A stretch of 54,288 nucleotides of DNA from an uncultured Ktedonobacterales bacterium. Lineage in GTDB: Bacteria > Chloroflexota > Ktedonobacteria > Ktedonobacterales > Ktedonobacteraceae. The stretch lies in NCBI GenBank assembly GCA_966427955.1, contig CBJMBI010000001.1, positions 1-54,288 on the forward strand, given 5' to 3'. Made by a program: the position numbers and the translations under genes. The notes under the pieces were generated by a model. The model was not told the origin of the DNA, did not search any database, and saw only the letters and a program-made list of their open reading frames with translations. Below, one piece after another: positions 15,899-23,730 of the stretch. Position 1 is the stretch's first letter; each line of letters starts with the position of its first letter.

Positions 15899-16669
15899 AT
15901 GTTTAATGTTAAATCACACTTTCTCCGTCATGAAGCCTGTGAGAACTGTGGTTCAAAAGATAACGTCGGCGTATACTCCGGAGGAACGAGTTATTGTTTT
16001 GGATGCGGAAGCTTTAAAAGGCTACCAAGATCCGAGTCAGGTGCATTTCATGAATCTAACCTTTACGAGATGGGAACAATCCGATCCGAAAAACAGAAAG
16101 GTCAGGTACGATCCTATCCGGATGATGCTAACTATCATTTCCCACACACCGTAATTGAATGGATTAAGAAGTATCACTTAACTGCTGCTGACTTAATTAA
16201 AAATCATGTCTATTGGAGCCCTTCACGTGAACAACTCTTGTACACATTTTTTGGAGACGGTAAGGACGTGGTCTTGTGGCAAGCCCGTAACTTCAAATCC
16301 GGCACAACCCACAAACGTCGATTCTTTACTGGAGGTTCACCAGAAAACATTATTGCAACTTATCATCAAGGCGAAGAGAGAAGCACGAAATGTTGTATTG
16401 TCGAAGATTGCGTCAGCGGAATCAAAGTCAGCTATTCAGGCATTGACGGAATACCATGCTTTGGTTCAACGCTGTCAAGGGAAAAGCTCACACGACTAGC
16501 ACAATTCTACGATAAATTATATGTCTGGTTAGACAGCGATAAGTATTCAAACTCCCAAAAGATCTGCCAACAAGCAGCATCCCTTGGGCTTCAGTCACGA
16601 GTTATTTATACCGAATTAGATCCAAAGGAATATTCGGTAGAGGATATTAAGGAGAAGCTATGTCTGTAA
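15899..16669 (+). CDS. DNA primase (zinc finger + TOPRIM, T7 gp4 primase-domain-like)
   Basis: CENCGSKDN...CFGCGS zinc finger. TOPRIM acidic motifs CIVEDCVSGIKV and WLDSDKY. Confidence 0.8.
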   Translation: MFNVKSHFLRHEACENCGSKDNVGVYSGGTSYCFGCGSFKRLPRSESGAFHESNLYEMGTIRSEKQKGQVRSYPDDANYHFPHTVIEWIKKYHLTAADLIKNHVYWSPSREQLLYTFFGDGKDVVLWQARNFKSGTTHKRRFFTGGSPENIIATYHQGEERSTKCCIVEDCVSGIKVSYSGIDGIPCFGSTLSREKLTRLAQFYDKLYVWLDSDKYSNSQKICQQAASLGLQSRVIYTELDPKEYSVEDIKEKLCL

Positions 16670-16863
16670 TTCTATCTTCGGAAAAGGAACGTCTTCTTTG
16701 TTATTCGGCAGGTATTCTTGGTAGTATGTTATCTGCCCGTAATGAAAATGAATCCACTGTCCATGATTGGATGGTACGTCGTAGTATCAAAGCAGCAAAT
16801 AAACTCATCTCTCTAATTGGGGATGATGTTAGATTACAAGAGATCCTAAATGAAAATCTATAA
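16660..16863 (+). CDS. Hypothetical protein
   Basis: 67 aa, overlapping its neighbours on both sides. Confidence 0.45.
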   Translation: MSVILSSEKERLLCYSAGILGSMLSARNENESTVHDWMVRRSIKAANKLISLIGDDVRLQEILNENL

Positions 16864-17560
16864 TGCAGTTTGTCAAATTCTTGCTGTAGCTCTTTGTGTG
16901 TTCGCAACTGGTTGTGGTTATTTAGCTTTAACAACACCGGAACCAGCAGCCTTACTTGAATCAAATCTACAGAATGTTGTATCTGTAACGACAGATAGTG
17001 GTTATTGTAGTGGGTGGGTAAAGACCGATACTCATGAGATTGTTACTGCTGCTCATTGTGGTGATGGGACCTCCTCTCAGATCTTTGATGTAGATTTTGG
17101 GGATGGAGTTAAACATCACTTTCACATTAAATATCTTGGAGATGAGTCCTTAACTGCCGCGACTGATATCATGGTGTTGTACACTACGAGTGAAGAGCAG
17201 CACAAGATTAAATGGCCTAAGGGGTTTAATCTTTGTAACTTTAAACCGTACTACGGGGAAGAAGTGGAACTCTATGGCGGACCTCTCGGCCGAGCGAAGA
17301 GTATTTTCTTCGGGCGGATTGGTAATCCCGACGTAGATATTTCAGCAATGCTTGGGAAAGCACCATTCACATCTCATATGGTAGAGTATGATGGTGAAAT
17401 GTTCCCTGGTAACAGTGGCGGTCCTGCGATTGATATTAGACACAATTGTGTTATGGGATCAGCAGAAGTTGTGCAACGAGAAGATCACGGTCTTGGGACT
17501 AGTTCTTGGGGAGTGAACTTCTTTATTCCCGGTAGTGATATTGAAAAGGTGGTTGTATGA
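16850..17560 (+). CDS. Trypsin-like (S1) serine protease with a lipoprotein-type signal peptide
   Basis: Triad contexts VTAAHCGDG, TDIMVL and PGNSGGPA. The N-terminus MKIYNAVCQILAVALCVFATGCGY carries a lipobox-like ATGC. Confidence 0.8.
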   Translation: MKIYNAVCQILAVALCVFATGCGYLALTTPEPAALLESNLQNVVSVTTDSGYCSGWVKTDTHEIVTAAHCGDGTSSQIFDVDFGDGVKHHFHIKYLGDESLTAATDIMVLYTTSEEQHKIKWPKGFNLCNFKPYYGEEVELYGGPLGRAKSIFFGRIGNPDVDISAMLGKAPFTSHMVEYDGEMFPGNSGGPAIDIRHNCVMGSAEVVQREDHGLGTSSWGVNFFIPGSDIEKVVV

Positions 17561-18003
17561 CAAACGGTAAAGATAAAAAAATCATTGAAACCGGTAACCA
17601 TCCCAAGATGACGGTTAATCAATGTGATGGGTGCCAAGCAGACTATCCGATAAATGATCGTGGGAACCATGTCTATCCAGATGGGAGCAGGGCACGGTGT
17701 ACCAAAACAGTATACCATTCTCCGGTAGCTATGGGCCATCCCTTACCAGATAACAGTTATCGAGAAATTGAATTGAAAGATTATATTGAAAGGAAATTCA
17801 CACGGCTAGCCGATGAATTCAAAAAGCAAACGGCCGTAACACTTCCCGCGAGCTGCGCAAACGAATGTGCTATTCCATTGTCGACGTTGCCCACCAAACA
17901 GATCATCGACATTTACAAAAAGATGCAATGGGAAATGCGCACTTATGGTATCGAAGAGGCGGCACGGAGGGTCCTCCGCCAGCTCGAAGACAAAGGAGAG
18001 TGA
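17557..18003 (+). CDS. Hypothetical protein (Cys cluster CDGCQ...C)
   Basis: 148 aa. ATGA overlap with the protease gene. Confidence 0.55.
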   Translation: MTNGKDKKIIETGNHPKMTVNQCDGCQADYPINDRGNHVYPDGSRARCTKTVYHSPVAMGHPLPDNSYREIELKDYIERKFTRLADEFKKQTAVTLPASCANECAIPLSTLPTKQIIDIYKKMQWEMRTYGIEEAARRVLRQLEDKGE

Positions 18004-18004
18004 C

Positions 18005-18541
18005 ATGCAACTGACCGATGAACAAATTAAAGTTATCGCCGCAAAGCACGTCTCGATATGCAGTGACTACGTGAGATGTGCCTCCGTGGAGGATGTGGAA
18101 AACGCCATCTATGAAGCGCTCGCCGCCCACAGCGCCAAGTCACATGACGCTTGGAAACTTGCTGTCGATCACGAATTGGTCACTATCGGCAGTACCGCAG
18201 ATTCATTTGCATCCCCCAAAGACGCCATACAAGCGTTAATCGATTGGCACGTCGCAGTATCACTCGACCCCGCAGTATCGACGGATGCGCAAGCCCTAAT
18301 CGCCCGAGGGCGTCGTGAGTCAATGACGGCCGCGGCGCGCACGCCTGACTTTGCGGCCGTCAAGGACAAGCGCATGTCCGAACTCACGCCCGACCAACGG
18401 GATGACGCACGCGAGTTATGGATACGCAACAACGTCGGCTGGGTGGGCGAGTACCACCGGCGGAAGTACACCTTCCTGCTCAAGCGGCTAGACGCCGCGC
18501 GCGCCGAAATCGAGCGCAGCGAGCGGGAGGGGGAAGCGTGA
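18005..18541 (+). CDS. Hypothetical protein encoded in a GC-rich island
   Basis: ATG 18005 (AGGAGAG upstream) within track ORF 17867..18541. MQLTDEQIKVIAAKH... Its 3' half is extremely GC-rich. Confidence 0.55.
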   Translation: MQLTDEQIKVIAAKHVSICSDYVRCASVEDVENAIYEALAAHSAKSHDAWKLAVDHELVTIGSTADSFASPKDAIQALIDWHVAVSLDPAVSTDAQALIARGRRESMTAAARTPDFAAVKDKRMSELTPDQRDDARELWIRNNVGWVGEYHRRKYTFLLKRLDAARAEIERSEREGEA

Positions 18542-18882
18542 ATAAAATCCTGTTGTATTTTCGTAACATCATTACTGTGTTAGTACATATTCCCCTGGCA
18601 GTAGTGGGAAAGTACAAGTACCACCCGAATGACAGCTATCTCAAGAATCTCATTGTGACGGCCTTGGACCTGCCTCTGAATACCCTCCTAGGGGGTGACC
18701 CTAACGAGACGCTCTCAAGCCGTTCTGGTAAGGCTGAGGCCTATGAACAGAGCAAGGGAATCTGGGGATGGGGGTGTAGGTTGTGTTCTTTCCTCGGAGT
18801 CTTCCAAAAGGACCACTGTCAGCGGGCTGTGGATCGGAACCGGGGAAGAGAAGCTGTAATCCCGGATGAAGAAAAAGTTTGA
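18538..18882 (+). CDS. Hypothetical protein with an N-terminal hydrophobic helix
   Basis: GTG start overlapping the upstream TGA. VNKILLYFRNIITVLVHIPLAVVGKY...LNTLLGGDPNETLSSRSGKA... Confidence 0.5.
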   Translation: MNKILLYFRNIITVLVHIPLAVVGKYKYHPNDSYLKNLIVTALDLPLNTLLGGDPNETLSSRSGKAEAYEQSKGIWGWGCRLCSFLGVFQKDHCQRAVDRNRGREAVIPDEEKV

Positions 18883-18907
18883 CAAACCTATTAAAATATG
18901 ATATACT
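18879..18907 (+). promoter_or_regulatory. Near-consensus sigma70 promoter
   Basis: TTGACA (18879..18884), a 17-nt spacer, then TATACT (18902..18907). Confidence 0.65.
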
Positions 18908-19196
18908 ATATATGTCAAGTGAAAATTTATTCGTAGGTTGCGGTTAGCCAAGTCCTGGCGAGATGTGGGACCTACGTCTGTGATATCCTTCTACCAGAGT
19001 TCCCAAAAGAAGGTACGGTGTGCGCAACTAGAGCCAATGGGAGGCCCATCCCGGTTTGTTGGGGGTCTAAGTCTAGGTTGAATAGCAGAAACCTCAGGTG
19101 ATACCTAGGAGGTTTAGTTATAGCTGGTTATCTACTTAATTGTGGAGGCCCTTGCTTTAGCTAAATTTCCTAGGTGATAATATATAATTAATATAT

Positions 19197-19640
19197 ATGA
19201 AAGAATTATTTGAAGAATTAAGACAAGAATTAATTTACTATCCTGAATCGGGTGTGTTCTTTTGGGTACACCCGAAGAAAGGTAGACCCCTTGATATTGA
19301 AGCAGGTACTACCAATATCTATGGATACAGAATTATTACTTACAATAATCATAAGATATCTTGTAATAAACTTGCTTGGTATTTTATGACTGGAGAATAT
19401 CCTGAATTCTTAATTGGACCGAAGGATGGTAATCCCTCTAATTTAAAATGGGATAATCTTATTCGAACTACTCGGGCTGAAATACAACACGCTTTTCGTA
19501 AGAAAGGAGAAGAACTTAATAAAAAGGTAATTCCTAGTAAACCAGTTAAACATGCTACCTTTAGTAATAAACAAGTAAAAGAAGCAGTAGAAGAGTATAT
19601 TAAGCTGCAAGAGCTTCAACGCAGCGCTGAGCGCAGCTAA
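19197..19640 (+). CDS. HNH_3-type homing-endonuclease-like protein with a degenerate catalytic motif
   Basis: LIYYPESGVFFWV...GYRIITYNNHKISCNKLAWYFMTGEYP...IGPKDGNPSNLKWDNLIRTTRAE fits the HNH_3 layout, but the usual DH(I/V)DGN is GPKDGN here. The coding sequence is very AT-rich. Confidence 0.6.
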   Translation: MKELFEELRQELIYYPESGVFFWVHPKKGRPLDIEAGTTNIYGYRIITYNNHKISCNKLAWYFMTGEYPEFLIGPKDGNPSNLKWDNLIRTTRAEIQHAFRKKGEELNKKVIPSKPVKHATFSNKQVKEAVEEYIKLQELQRSAERS

Positions 19641-19674
19641 TTAAAACTAAAACATTAGTTAATGGTGTATATGT

Positions 19675-20916
19675 GTGATTGATATCTCTGTAATTAAATT
19701 ATTATTAAATAGAGAACATTACCAAACCTATCGTGATCAATTACAAGTCTCTGACTTCTCCAAAGACCTCCAAGGTATTGTCCGGGTAATTGATAACTAC
19801 TACAAAGACGAAACCCATAATGACATTGACCTTAATCCTGATTCTCTTAGCAATCTTTATTTTGCTGTAAACAATCGAGATATCGAGTACTACTCGGGTA
19901 TCTTTGATAACATCCGTAAGAGTGAAGCCTCAGTAGAAAGTACGAGTGCTCTTATCGATGGTATCCGACGGGTACGGTTACTCCGAGAATTATCTCTTGA
20001 TGCATATGAAGCAAGTGAAGGTCGTAAATCAATAGAGGAGATCTCCACCAAATATAAATCTCTTACTGAAGGAATCGTAACTCGTGATACTGATAAAGAT
20101 GAAGTTGATTTCGTTACTGATGATCTTGTGGAGATCGTTAACGCAAGTCGTCGTGTGGCAGGTCTGCGCTGGCGTCTTAAATCTCTTAATCAAGCTCTTG
20201 GGAGTATTCGCAAAGGGAACTTTGGATTCATATTTGCTCGACCAGAAACAGGGAAAACAACTTTCCTGGCTAGCGAAGTCACTTATATGGCTGAACAATT
20301 GTCGGACGAAGCTGGACCGATCCTCTGGTTCAACAATGAACAAGTAGGTACAGAGGTAATGCTACGGTGTTATCAAGCGTCTCTTGGATTTGATCTAACC
20401 CAACTGTATGCCAACCTAGAAGAGAATAGGAATGCATATTTACGAAAGACAAAAGGAAGTATTAAACTTCTCGACTCCGCATCGATTTCAAAGACGCACG
20501 TCGAAAAGGTATGCGAGAAACACAAACCATCCCTTGTGGTATTTGACCAGATCGACAAGATCAAGGGATTTGAAAGTGATCGCGAGGATCTACGGTTGGG
20601 AGCTATTTATATCTGGGCGCGTGAACTCGCGAAAGCGTATTGCCCGGTGGTCGGAGTCTGCCAAGCCGACGGTAGTGGTGAAGGTCAGAGGTGGCTTTCA
20701 ATGGCTAACGTTGCTAACGCCAAAACAAGTAAACAAGCTGAGGCGGACTGGATTCTGGGTATCGGCAAAATCAATGATCCCGGCTATGACAACCTACGCT
20801 TTATGCACCTGAGTAAGAATAAGTTAGCTGGTGATGAAGACAGTGATCCTCACAAGAGACACGGTCGGTGGGAATGTTTAATTGAACCTATGGTTGGAAG
20901 ATATCGGGATCTATAA
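19675..20916 (+). CDS. DnaB-like / T7 gp4-like replicative helicase
   Basis: 413 codons, GTG start. Walker A FIFARPETGKTTF, Walker B-like SLVVFDQID, and a RecA-like core. Confidence 0.85.
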   Translation: MIDISVIKLLLNREHYQTYRDQLQVSDFSKDLQGIVRVIDNYYKDETHNDIDLNPDSLSNLYFAVNNRDIEYYSGIFDNIRKSEASVESTSALIDGIRRVRLLRELSLDAYEASEGRKSIEEISTKYKSLTEGIVTRDTDKDEVDFVTDDLVEIVNASRRVAGLRWRLKSLNQALGSIRKGNFGFIFARPETGKTTFLASEVTYMAEQLSDEAGPILWFNNEQVGTEVMLRCYQASLGFDLTQLYANLEENRNAYLRKTKGSIKLLDSASISKTHVEKVCEKHKPSLVVFDQIDKIKGFESDREDLRLGAIYIWARELAKAYCPVVGVCQADGSGEGQRWLSMANVANAKTSKQAEADWILGIGKINDPGYDNLRFMHLSKNKLAGDEDSDPHKRHGRWECLIEPMVGRYRDL

Positions 20917-21092
20917 TGCATCTATTCCACAAGTGGCAAGAATGGCATGTAATCAAGACTACTTTTAAAGAGAAATTTTGGCAGGACTATACGTATCAAC
21001 GAGAAGTACATGTTCAGTATTATGAGATCCATGAGCGAAGAGTTTGTGATAAGTGTGGTAGAGTTGAATATCGTATAAGGAATTCCCCGTGA
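20916..21092 (+). CDS. Small hypothetical protein (58 aa, below cutoff)
   Basis: MHLFHKWQEWHVIKTTF...CDKCGRVEYRIRNSP. The ATG overlaps the helicase TAA. Confidence 0.4.
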   Translation: MHLFHKWQEWHVIKTTFKEKFWQDYTYQREVHVQYYEIHERRVCDKCGRVEYRIRNSP

Positions 21093-21136
21093 TCTTTGAT
21101 TTTTTATTCGGTAAGAAGCGTAAAGAGAATTAATCC

Positions 21137-21268
21137 GTGCCTTCTTATAATTGGACCTGTAAAGAATGTGGGTATAATTTAAATACCTCAAAATGGACTT
21201 ATACAGAATTCTTTCAAAGACGGCAGTGTCAACGATGTGGTTGGCTGGAGAAGAGTTTTGAGTTATAA
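21137..21268 (+). CDS. Small zinc-ribbon protein (43 aa)
   Basis: GTG start. VPSYNWTCKECGYNL...CQRCGW... Confidence 0.35.
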   Translation: MPSYNWTCKECGYNLNTSKWTYTEFFQRRQCQRCGWLEKSFEL

Positions 21269-21431
21269 AGTTTATATAGTATTTCATTGTTACGGTGATT
21301 GGGAAGAACATAACGAGTTCACTAATATTTATTCAACTCGACAATTAGCTGAAGAGCATATCAAGCGTTTTGGTAACCCTTTTGATGACTGGATTATGGA
21401 GGTAGAGGTAAGAGATGAGTTACAAAGCTAA
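21258..21431 (+). CDS. Hypothetical protein
   Basis: TTG 21258 with GGAGAAG 5 nt upstream, within track ORF 21237..21431. Confidence 0.4.
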   Translation: MSYKVYIVFHCYGDWEEHNEFTNIYSTRQLAEEHIKRFGNPFDDWIMEVEVRDELQS

Positions 21432-21606
21432 GCAAGTATATATCGTAATGCGTACGGATGATGTAACAGGTACTTGTCTACCAGTGGCCGTATTCAATGA
21501 TCTAGAGACAGCAGAGGGTAATGCAGAGGGATACAATCTCGATATGCAAGAAAGGACTATCAACGGTATCAAGTTTAGCGTCGCAACGACGATGTACTAT
21601 GAGTAA
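21415..21606 (+). CDS. Hypothetical protein
   Basis: 63 aa. Overlaps both neighbours. Confidence 0.45.
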   Translation: MSYKAKQVYIVMRTDDVTGTCLPVAVFNDLETAEGNAEGYNLDMQERTINGIKFSVATTMYYE

Positions 21607-22285
21607 TTTAATTACGGTTCTTGATTATGGACATATCCGTCTTGTTGAGCACATGGGTAGTGATCTTTCCATTGTTCGGAATGCTCGCGTTAGCTATGAT
21701 GCGGAGTGGAGAACAGGAGAAGATGCCGGAAAGGATGAGAAGCTTATCCGGTACTTGTTGAACAATAAGCACACCAGTCCTTTTGAATCGGTGACCTTTA
21801 CCTTTGATATTAAAGCACCGATCTTTGTGGTGCGTCAATGGCAACGTCACCGTACGTGGTCATTCAATGAAATCTCAGGACGATACGCTGAACTACCGGA
21901 GGAGTATTACACTCCACAAATTGGAGATATTACTACACAGCACAGTTCTAATAAACAGATGCGTACTGATGAGGTACATCCAGATGCCGCCGAGTGGCAA
22001 CTGCTGATGTATCAGACTTGTCAAAATGCATTTTATGTTTATCATGAAATGTTAGAAGCCGGAGTACCCCGTGAGTTAGCACGAAGTGTATTACCTCTTA
22101 GTACATATACACATATGTTTGCTACTGTGGATCTTCACAATCTGATGCATTTTCTGCGACTTCGATTGCACGAGCATGCACAGAAAGAGATTCGGGTATA
22201 TGCACAAGCTATCCTGGATCTAATTGAACCTATTGTACCGGTAACATTGAATGCCTTCAAAGAATCTCTTGGCGCTGGATACTGA
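21599..22285 (+). CDS. thyX: FAD-dependent thymidylate synthase ThyX
   Basis: ThyX signature QRHRTWSFNEISGRY. The start is ATG 21599 (MSNLITVLDYGHIRLVEHMG). Confidence 0.9.
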   Translation: MSNLITVLDYGHIRLVEHMGSDLSIVRNARVSYDAEWRTGEDAGKDEKLIRYLLNNKHTSPFESVTFTFDIKAPIFVVRQWQRHRTWSFNEISGRYAELPEEYYTPQIGDITTQHSSNKQMRTDEVHPDAAEWQLLMYQTCQNAFYVYHEMLEAGVPRELARSVLPLSTYTHMFATVDLHNLMHFLRLRLHEHAQKEIRVYAQAILDLIEPIVPVTLNAFKESLGAGY

Positions 22286-23396
22286 AAATAATATTTGGAA
22301 CAATGGAAACCCCTTCGACCGACGATTTAAAAATGTATGCTTTAGTTGGGCAGATTCAAGTAGCTCTGGAGCAAGTAAGACAGACTCGGATTCAATTGCT
22401 TGGCTTACGGAACGAATTAGAGGGGCTTCATGTCTCATTGGTTTCAATGCGAAGTATGATTGCCATGTCCTCCGGAAACTCGGAATCATAGAGCACCTAG
22501 AAAAGGAGTGGTGGGATTGTCAAATCGCCGAATTCATCCTAAGCAATCAAACGTGGAGGTATCCGAGTCTAGACGAGAGTTGTCTGAATCGTGGCCTTGG
22601 CTCGAAGCTGGATGTTGTGGCAAACGAGTATTGGGCAAAAGGCATTCAGACGGAGGATGTTCCTTGGGAGGTTTTGTCCGCTTATGCCGAGATGGATGCC
22701 CAACTTACTTTAAAGCTTTACGAGAAGCAGCAGGAAGTCATGTCTCCCACACAAAAGAGACTGTGTCGTCTTCAGTGCATGGACATGATGGTACTGGAGG
22801 AGATGGAGTGGAACGGGATTAAGTTTGACCAAGAACTCTGTGAGAAACGCGCTGCGGAACTTGAGGAAAAAATACAAGAAATCACAAATGAACTTTCTGG
22901 AGTATATCCTGGGATACCTATTAATTTTGGTAGTGGGGACCATCTGTCTGCCTTTCTATATGGTGGAGTGGTTAAAGAGGAAACTAAAGAACACATAGGA
23001 TTCTTTAAGACCGGAGAACGTAGTGGACAACCTAAATACAAGAATGTAATTGTTGAACATGAATTGCCACGATTAGTTGAACCACTAAAGGGAAGTGAGT
23101 TAAAGAAAGAGGGATATTTTGCTACAAATGCCGATACTCTTCTTAAACTTAAACCACGTGGTAAGACAAAACATATTGTTGAATTGATCCAGAAACAAAC
23201 TCGATTGGATAGTTTATTAACGAAAACCTATCGAGGAATTACCAAAGCAAATGAGACAGGTAATTGGAATCCAGGAATGTTGCACGGACAATTCAATCAA
23301 TGTGTAGCACAAACAGGTCGTCTTAGTTCTAGTAATCCAAATCTCCAGAACTTAGATGGTGAAGCACAAGATATTTTTATTTCAAGGTTTGAATAA
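22251..23396 (+). CDS. Family-A DNA polymerase, part 1 (3'-5' exonuclease domain plus fingers, ending just before motif A)
   Basis: Exo motifs LALDTENN, NAKYDCHVL and YAEMDAQLT. Pre-motif-A QTGRLSSSNPNLQNL. The ORF then ends ...DIFISRFE-TAA. Confidence 0.9.
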   Translation: MPSKNLLALDTENNIWNNGNPFDRRFKNVCFSWADSSSSGASKTDSDSIAWLTERIRGASCLIGFNAKYDCHVLRKLGIIEHLEKEWWDCQIAEFILSNQTWRYPSLDESCLNRGLGSKLDVVANEYWAKGIQTEDVPWEVLSAYAEMDAQLTLKLYEKQQEVMSPTQKRLCRLQCMDMMVLEEMEWNGIKFDQELCEKRAAELEEKIQEITNELSGVYPGIPINFGSGDHLSAFLYGGVVKEETKEHIGFFKTGERSGQPKYKNVIVEHELPRLVEPLKGSELKKEGYFATNADTLLKLKPRGKTKHIVELIQKQTRLDSLLTKTYRGITKANETGNWNPGMLHGQFNQCVAQTGRLSSSNPNLQNLDGEAQDIFISRFE

Positions 23397-23399
23397 GAT

Positions 23400-23570
23400 A
23401 TGAAAGTTTATGGTCCAGATAATTGTGGTATGGTACAGATCCAATGTGATGAAGAAGAGTGGGAAGAGATTCAGGAGAAGTTAAAATGGTGTGATGCTCT
23501 GGACGCTGCTGGCGTTGACAACTGGGACGGTATTGATTATGCCCAAGATCTTTTAAGGAAAATGCAATAA
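23400..23570 (+). CDS. 56-aa acidic micro-protein between the polymerase halves
   Basis: MKVYGPDNCGMVQIQCDEEEWEEIQEKLKWCDALDAAGVDNWDGIDYAQDLLRKMQ. The ATG lies 3 nt after the pol part-1 stop, in the same frame. Confidence 0.45.
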   Translation: MKVYGPDNCGMVQIQCDEEEWEEIQEKLKWCDALDAAGVDNWDGIDYAQDLLRKMQ

Positions 23571-23571
23571 T

Positions 23572-23730
23572 ATGTCCGAATCGGAAGTGCTTGATAAGAT
23601 TTTGGAAGCTTTTGTGGGTGATGAGTATACGTCAGGGTGGGATACACTGGCGGAATTTCTTAATCACATTGGAAATGATGAAGCAGTATTAATGCTGCAC
23701 CAAGCTATTCATAAATACTTTGGAGACTGA
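23572..23730 (+). CDS. 52-aa micro-protein between the polymerase halves
   Basis: MSESEVLDKILEAFVGDEYTSGWDTLAEFLNHIGNDEAVLMLHQAIHKYFGD. Its TGA overlaps the ATG of pol part 2 (TGATG). Confidence 0.45.
   Translation: MSESEVLDKILEAFVGDEYTSGWDTLAEFLNHIGNDEAVLMLHQAIHKYFGD

Noticed and set aside
18169-18882. Long overlapping ORFs (18169..18483 minus; 18418..18882 plus, 154 aa).
   Set aside because: They are by-products of the very high GC content of the island. The plus-strand reading 18005..18541 followed by GTG 18538..18882 fits SD boxes and the overlap pattern of the operon.
20922-21311. A 129-aa minus-strand ORF in the helicase-ThyX interval.
   Set aside because: It lies on the opposite strand from the whole operon. 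Its composition is odd (I/Y/N/L-rich). The same DNA encodes tightly coupled plus-strand micro-ORFs, two of which have CxxC zinc-ribbon pairs.
23397-23729. A group I intron or intein interrupting the DNA polymerase.
   Set aside because: In-frame stops exclude an intein. The gap is fully occupied by two translationally coupled micro-ORFs, and I could not find P1-P9-like pairings or a homing endonuclease. I left it as a split gene, and it is testable by RT-PCR.
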